From Flavobacteriales bacterium (GTDB lineage Bacteria; Bacteroidota; Bacteroidia; Palsa-965), in contig JBEIPA010000017.1 of assembly GCA_040377305.1 (NCBI GenBank), positions 32,001 to 96,000 of the forward strand: 64,000 nucleotides of DNA, written 5' to 3'. Of this stretch, positions 58,801 through 64,000 are shown in pieces (the stretch's first letter is position 1; each line of letters opens with the position of its first letter). The position numbers were made by a program, and so were the translations under genes. The notes under the pieces are model-generated. The model ran no database searches and was not told the DNA's origin. It worked only from the letters and a program-made list of their open reading frames with translations.

Positions 58801-59481
58801 ATGTTTGACAACAACGAATTCCGCAAATACGCAACAAAACATGCTGGCATCAACAGCATGGTTTACGATCAGTATACTTCAATGTATGGTGTTCGCAACA
58901 TGACCCCACAGATTGTGGAAGATCGCCCTGTACAGGGAACAGTGATGTCGGTGTTTGACCGACTCATGATTGATCGTATTATTTTCCTGGGAACTGGAAT
59001 CAACGATCAGATCGCGAACATCGTTCAGGCTCAGTTATTGTTTCTTGAATCTGCTGACTCGAAAAAAGACATTCAGATTTATGTAAACTCTCCGGGCGGA
59101 TCTGTTTACGCAGGTCTTGGAATCTATGACACCATGCAGTTGATTCAGCCCGACGTTGCAACGATCTGCACAGGAATGGCCGCTTCAATGGGTGCAGTTC
59201 TTCAGTGCGCAGGTACAAAAGGAAAACGCACAGCGCTTCCGCATGCACGCGTAATGATTCACCAGCCACTTGGTGGTGCAGAAGGTCAGGCTTCAGATAT
59301 CGAAATCACAGCACGTGAAATTCAGAAGCTGAAGAAGGAACTTTACGAGATTATCGCAAATCACTCCGGACAAACCTTTGACAAAGTGTGGGCAGATAGC
59401 GATCGTGACTACTGGATGACCGCTGCAGAAGCGAAAGAATACGGCATGATTGACGAAATTTTGGAGCGTCGCATTAAATAA
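58801..59481 (+). CDS. clpP: ATP-dependent Clp protease proteolytic subunit
   Basis: DRIIFLG, YVNSPGGSV, GMAASMG (Ser), MIHQP (His), DRD. Confidence 0.97.
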   Translation: MFDNNEFRKYATKHAGINSMVYDQYTSMYGVRNMTPQIVEDRPVQGTVMSVFDRLMIDRIIFLGTGINDQIANIVQAQLLFLESADSKKDIQIYVNSPGGSVYAGLGIYDTMQLIQPDVATICTGMAASMGAVLQCAGTKGKRTALPHARVMIHQPLGGAEGQASDIEITAREIQKLKKELYEIIANHSGQTFDKVWADSDRDYWMTAAEAKEYGMIDEILERRIK

Positions 59482-59593
59482 CAGTTTTCCACACTGTGGA
59501 GGACAAGGTAATTTGTAACTTAGAGTATAAGGAAACAGTCTAAGAATAGAAGTCAGGTGTTAAAGCCTGACTTCATCTTTAAACAAAAACAAA

Positions 59594-60841
59594 ATGGCCG
59601 GGAAGGAAACAAACATTCATTGCTCGTTTTGCGGGAGAGATAAGCAGGACACATTAGTCCTGATAGCGGGGATACAGGGCCACATTTGTGATCAGTGTAT
59701 ACAACAGGCATATCGAATTGTGAAGGAGGAACAGGACGCGAAGAAGAATCAGGCGATATCTTCAGCGCTTACACTGTTAAAGCCACAGGAAATTAAAAAG
59801 TCGCTCGACGAGTATGTGATCGGGCAAGACACTGCGAAGAAAGTTCTTTCGGTTGCAGTTTACAATCACTACAAACGTATTGCGCAGAAGCCTTCGAAGA
59901 AGAACGTAGAGGAAATTGAGATTGAGAAATCCAATATCATTCTCGTTGGAGAAACAGGTACAGGAAAAACTTTATTGGCGCGCACAATCGCGAAGCTGCT
60001 GAATGTTCCTTTCTGTATTGCTGATGCAACGGTTCTAACCGAAGCAGGATATGTTGGAGAAGACGTGGAGAGCATTCTCGTTCGTCTCTTACAGGCTGCT
60101 GACTATGACGTAAACGCTGCAGAGCGCGGAATCGTTTTCATCGACGAGCTTGACAAGATCGCACGCAAGAGCGACAATCCGTCTATCACACGTGACGTAT
60201 CCGGTGAAGGTGTACAACAGGCACTTTTGAAATTGCTTGAAGGAAGTGTTGTAAACGTTCCACCGCAAGGCGGACGTAAGCATCCGGAACAGAAAATGAT
60301 CCAGGTGAACACACGCAACATTCTTTTCATCTGCGGTGGTGCATTCGACGGCATTGATAAGAAAATTGCACGTCGTATGAAATCGCAAACGATGGGTTAC
60401 ACGGCAAGTGTTGAGGATACACACGTTGACAAGAACAACTTGTTGCAGTACATCGTTCCCCAGGATTTGAAATCATTCGGATTGATTCCGGAATTGATCG
60501 GACGATTGCCAGTACTTACTCACCTCGATCCGCTCGACAAAGAAACATTACGCAGCATCCTAACGGAGCCGAAGAACGCACTCATGAAACAGTACGTTCG
60601 CTTGTTCGAAATGGATAACGTGAAGTTGACATTCGACGCTGAAGTATACGACACCATTGTAGACAAAGCAATGGAGTACAAACTCGGCGCTCGCGGATTG
60701 CGTTCTATCTGCGAAGCCATCATGGTCGATGCCATGTTTGAGATTCCTTCCGACAATGCGCTGAAGAAACTCAACATCACGCTCGACTATGCAACAGAGA
60801 AACTGAATAAGGCGAAGATTGAGAAACTGAGAGTGGCATAG
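59594..60841 (+). CDS. clpX: ATP-dependent Clp protease ATP-binding subunit
   Basis: CSFCG...ICDQC zinc domain, [41 protein letters not shown]. Confidence 0.97.
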   Translation: MAGKETNIHCSFCGRDKQDTLVLIAGIQGHICDQCIQQAYRIVKEEQDAKKNQAISSALTLLKPQEIKKSLDEYVIGQDTAKKVLSVAVYNHYKRIAQKPSKKNVEEIEIEKSNIILVGETGTGKTLLARTIAKLLNVPFCIADATVLTEAGYVGEDVESILVRLLQAADYDVNAAERGIVFIDELDKIARKSDNPSITRDVSGEGVQQALLKLLEGSVVNVPPQGGRKHPEQKMIQVNTRNILFICGGAFDGIDKKIARRMKSQTMGYTASVEDTHVDKNNLLQYIVPQDLKSFGLIPELIGRLPVLTHLDPLDKETLRSILTEPKNALMKQYVRLFEMDNVKLTFDAEVYDTIVDKAMEYKLGARGLRSICEAIMVDAMFEIPSDNALKKLNITLDYATEKLNKAKIEKLRVA

Positions 60842-60863
60842 AGATTAACCACCAGAAACACGT

Positions 60864-60895
60864 AGAGCACGGACATTCATCTGTGCTCTTTTTTT
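60864..60895 (+). terminator. terminator after clpX
   Basis: AGAGCACGGA-CATTCA-TCTGTGCTCT followed by a T-tract. Confidence 0.8.
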
Positions 60896-61089
60896 ATTCG
60901 TCAACATCTTAGCGGTCCTTTGCGGCTTGGCGCCTTTGTAGTTGCTGACCATGAAGATTTAGGTCTCACGACAAAGCCGAAATCCCGGTCCTCATATCCA
61001 TGTGTTGATAGGGGAAAGCTGAGAAATTAGTTATTCACATATAATGTATCTATTCACTTTTTCTTTATACTTGTATAAAATACTGTGAA

Positions 61090-61293
61090 ATGGCAAGAAT
61101 CGTAGTAAACGTGCCCGATGAAAAACTCGCAGAGTTCAATCAGGCCATGAGCAAACTGGGCTTTCAACCCAAGGAAGAAGATTTCGTTGTGCCGGAGTGG
61201 CATAAGGAGATTGTGCGGGAAAGTATCCGGAACACAAAAGAGGAAGACTACATCCCTTTCGAAGAGATCAAAAAGAAATACGGAATCAAGTGA
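61090..61293 (+). CDS. addiction-module antitoxin
   Basis: 67 aa; VPEWHKEIV..., YIPFEEIK; overlaps the toxin start (GTGATG). Confidence 0.75.
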   Translation: MARIVVNVPDEKLAEFNQAMSKLGFQPKEEDFVVPEWHKEIVRESIRNTKEEDYIPFEEIKKKYGIK

Positions 61294-61664
61294 TGGAATT
61301 TATAATTGAGTTTAGCCCTTCGGCAGATTCATGCATGGAGGAACAGCAAGAATATTATAACAATCTCGTTCCTGGCTTAGGCGACAAATTTGTCAGGCGA
61401 GTCATTGAACACGGCAACGCGCTCGCTAAATTCCCAAAGATGCAATTGAGATATGAAGGTATACGTTGCATTCCGCTGAATGGATTTCCATTCATGATTC
61501 ACTTCTCCGTTTTGGAAGACAGAAATCTTGTACGGATACACGAAGTAATTCACACCTCACGAAATCCTTCAGAAAACTGGAACAAGAATGATTGGATGGT
61601 TAGTGAACCGTTCCCAGCCTATGGAGTTCACGCGTATGATCTGGAGTATTATTATGCGGCGTAA
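61290..61664 (+). CDS. RelE/ParE family toxin with C-terminal extension
   Basis: YY....GLG..F, IR...L..FPF.IHF, V.I..V.H.SR.P..W. Confidence 0.8.
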   Translation: MMEFIIEFSPSADSCMEEQQEYYNNLVPGLGDKFVRRVIEHGNALAKFPKMQLRYEGIRCIPLNGFPFMIHFSVLEDRNLVRIHEVIHTSRNPSENWNKNDWMVSEPFPAYGVHAYDLEYYYAA

Positions 61665-61703
61665 AAATCCGCGTACATCCGCTTGATCCGCTCGATCCGC
61701 GTC
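61664..61703. repeat. 9-10-nt-period ATCCG tandem array
   Basis: ATCCG at 61667, 61677, 61686 and 61695, between convergent genes. Confidence 0.7.
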
Positions 61704-61706
61704 CTA

Positions 61707-62213
61707 TTAAGCCTTGATTCTCTCATACCTGATAAATGTAAAATCATACGCATGCTTCTCATCCGCCTTATGCTCTTCTCTCCACGTTTCCTTCCACACT
61801 TGCGGATCAATCACCGGAAAAAATGTATCAGCAATAAATGAGTGATGTACTTTGGTATAAAGAATCTCATCGGTAATCTTCAATGTCTGCTTGTAGATTT
61901 CCCCGCCACCAATAATGCACAAACGCTCTTCTCCCCTACTCTTCGCGTATTCAATTGCTTCTTCAACACTCGCAACAACAACTGCACCCGGCGCGACATA
62001 ATCTTTCTGTCGTGTGATCACAATGTTCGTACGTTCAGGCAGCGGACGGAATTTATCGGGAATGGACTCGTAGTTCTTTCTTCCCGTCACGATACAATGT
62101 CCCACCGTCTGATCCTTGAAGAACTTCATGTCATTCGGCAAACGCCACAGAAGACGATTGTCTTTCCCAATGGCATTGTTCTCAGCAACAGCGACTACAG
62201 CAACTATTTTCAT
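61707..62213 (-). CDS. folA: dihydrofolate reductase
   Basis: IGKDN.L.W.LP.D..FF, GRKNYES, RPLP.R.NIV.TR, IIGGGEIY, DTFFP. Confidence 0.97.
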   Translation of the reverse strand: MKIVAVVAVAENNAIGKDNRLLWRLPNDMKFFKDQTVGHCIVTGRKNYESIPDKFRPLPERTNIVITRQKDYVAPGAVVVASVEEAIEYAKSRGEERLCIIGGGEIYKQTLKITDEILYTKVHHSFIADTFFPVIDPQVWKETWREEHKADEKHAYDFTFIRYERIKA

Positions 62214-62301
62214 AATCTCACTAACAATTAATGTTTATCTAGCGGCTAACACTAACGGCATCTGCACATTTGCATATCTGCAGATCGACCGCGGTGATGT
62301 T

Positions 62302-63096
62302 TTATACCGCGACTGCCGCCTTAATATGCGGATGCGGATCATAACCCTCGAGCACAAAATCCTCATACTTGAAATCAAAAATACTCTTCACCGCCGGATT
62401 AATCTTCATCGTTGGCAATGCACGAAAATCCCGCGACAGCTGCAGCTTCGTCTGCTCGATGTGATTCGAATACAAATGCGCATCTCCCAACGTGTGAACA
62501 AAATCTCCCGGCTTGAGATCACAAACCTGTGCAATCATCATCGTCAGCAATGCATACGATGCAATGTTGAACGGCACGCCGAGAAAAATATCCGCGCTGC
62601 GCTGGTACAACTGACAGCTCAGTTTTCCATCAGCAACATAAAACTGAAAGAACGCATGACACGGTGGCAATTTCATCTTGTCAATTTCCCCAACATTCCA
62701 TGCACTCACAATCATGCGGCGTGAATCCGGATTCTTCTTGATCTGATCAATCACTTGCGTAATCTGATCAATGTGTCTTCCGTCTGCAGTCGGCCATGAG
62801 CGCCATTGTGATCCATACACAGGACCGAGATTTCCGTTTTCGTCTGCCCATTCATCCCAGATGCTCACACCATTCTCTTTCAGATAAGCGATGTTTGTTT
62901 CACCTTTCAGAAACCACAGCAATTCGTGAATGATAGAACGCGTGTGTACTTTCTTCGTGGTCAGAATCGGGAAACCTTCTTCGAGATTAAATCGCATCTG
63001 GTAACCAAAAACAGAAATAGTTCCTGTTCCTGTGCGGTCTGTTTTTGTTGCGCCGTGCTCGAGCACGTGACGCATGAGGTCGTGGTATTGTTTCAT
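62302..63096 (-). CDS. thyA: thymidylate synthase
   Basis: DRTGTGT, ELLWFL.G, LGPVYG.QWR, LPPCH, YQRSAD.FLG.PFN. Confidence 0.98.
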   Translation of the reverse strand: MKQYHDLMRHVLEHGATKTDRTGTGTISVFGYQMRFNLEEGFPILTTKKVHTRSIIHELLWFLKGETNIAYLKENGVSIWDEWADENGNLGPVYGSQWRSWPTADGRHIDQITQVIDQIKKNPDSRRMIVSAWNVGEIDKMKLPPCHAFFQFYVADGKLSCQLYQRSADIFLGVPFNIASYALLTMMIAQVCDLKPGDFVHTLGDAHLYSNHIEQTKLQLSRDFRALPTMKINPAVKSIFDFKYEDFVLEGYDPHPHIKAAVAV

Positions 63097-63098
63097 TG

Positions 63099-64000
63099 TT
63101 ATTCTACGAATAATTTTTTCTGAATGGATTCTTCAACCGATTGGTAGATGTTCTTTTGAATAACGGTCATACGAATCATCATTTCCATAGCCGTGATGTG
63201 GTAAAAATTGTCTTTAACCCACTGGTCTTTATATTCAGGTGTATCGCCAATCGGAATTGCGAATTTAATATCCGGATGCAGCTTAATGTTACGATATACT
63301 GCAAGATAGCCGTATAGAATAATGCCCTTCCCATTTGGTACTGCAGGATTTTCACCAACCATCATTAAGGTTGAAACATCAACATCATTCGGATTATCTA
63401 CCCGATAAGCCTTCTCAGTACCGTCGCAGTAGTAATTGTCATTGAGCCTCGACAAGAATCCACATTTCAATTCTTCGATGTTCGAAACAACCTCCAACGC
63501 ATCGGTAAAATATTCTGTCGCTGCAGAATCAATGTCGTGGTTCATTGAATCTGAATGAAACTCAACTATCATACTATCCACACGATTTTTCAGTATTACA
63601 TAATCAGAAAGTTCTTGCGTGAAGATTCCGGACTTGTCTTCTATCTCGCTTGTCTTTTCCTTTGCTGACCAACAACCCACACCCAGTGAAGCAACCACCA
63701 ACAATGCAAGCACAGAGAAATTCGAAATACTTCTTGTTTTAACGTCAGGTTTTCGAAAGTTTGCGAGGAAAATGATCAGGAATACAACTTGCCCCGCTGC
63801 ACCGACGTAAATCATATTCATTTCACCGGGCCAACGCTGAACACAGAATAACAAACCAACCTGCAAGACAGCAAAACTAAATCCGCAAAGTTTTATTGCA
63901 AACTGCATCGCCTTCTCTGTTTCCACTTTACTAAGAGAAAACAGATACAGAGGCATCGCAGCAACAGAAAAAAGCGTTGTGAACAGAACCAACAGAATTC
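63099..64000 (-). CDS. membrane protein with GldM-N-terminal-like helical domain (5' end outside the window)
   Basis: Frame stays open to the window edge; several TM helices, then a helical domain ending W...NF.H......I..IQ.NI, reminiscent of the GldM D1 domain. Confidence 0.6.
   Translation of the reverse strand, partial: ILLVLFTTLFSVAAMPLYLFSLSKVETEKAMQFAIKLCGFSFAVLQVGLLFCVQRWPGEMNMIYVGAAGQVVFLIIFLANFRKPDVKTRSISNFSVLALLVVASLGVGCWSAKEKTSEIEDKSGIFTQELSDYVILKNRVDSMIVEFHSDSMNHDIDSAATEYFTDALEVVSNIEELKCGFLSRLNDNYYCDGTEKAYRVDNPNDVDVSTLMMVGENPAVPNGKGIILYGYLAVYRNIKLHPDIKFAIPIGDTPEYKDQWVKDNFYHITAMEMMIRMTVIQKNIYQSVEESIQKKLFVE

Noticed and set aside
59549-59574. Hairpin GAAGTCAGG/CCTGACTTC between clpP and clpX as a riboswitch or terminator
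   Set aside because: Simple 9-bp stem with no clear U-tract or aptamer features; probably a processing or stability hairpin
62116-62724. 202-aa plus-strand ORF opposite thyA/folA
   Set aside because: Antisense shadow of conserved essential genes

Overview
A gene-dense chromosomal window from a member of the Bacteroidota. The assignment rests on TAnnTTTG-type -7 promoters, T9SS type A and type B C-terminal domains, a T9SS plug protein and SprB-type repeats. Core genes are priA, tig-clpP-clpX, thyA-folA, mazG, apaG and tRNA-Leu(TAG). Two tandem giant SprB-repeat adhesins (1732 and 3794 aa) occupy 18.7-35.5 kb. The most notable observations are: (1) an apparently complete polyhydroxyalkanoate storage cycle, with phaJ divergent from class III phaE-phaC and a separate bdhA-patatin-hydrolase mobilisation locus; the PhaE is extended and carries FNG repeats. 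(2) A dispersed ~195-bp family of triple-nested palindromes with fixed-length but variable spacers (three copies), plus several other short-period inverted repeat families. (3) A prfB-like CTT-TGA +1 frameshift candidate leading into the patatin gene. (4) Many genes whose -7 box ends 4-5 nt before the start codon, suggesting leaderless mRNAs. (5) A 4-module super-repeat and a charge gradient in the giant adhesin. (6) Three catalytically degenerate enzymes and an orphan sRNA candidate. No CRISPR array, integrase, transposase or rRNA was seen. All calls come from reading the sequence by eye; no database searches were run.
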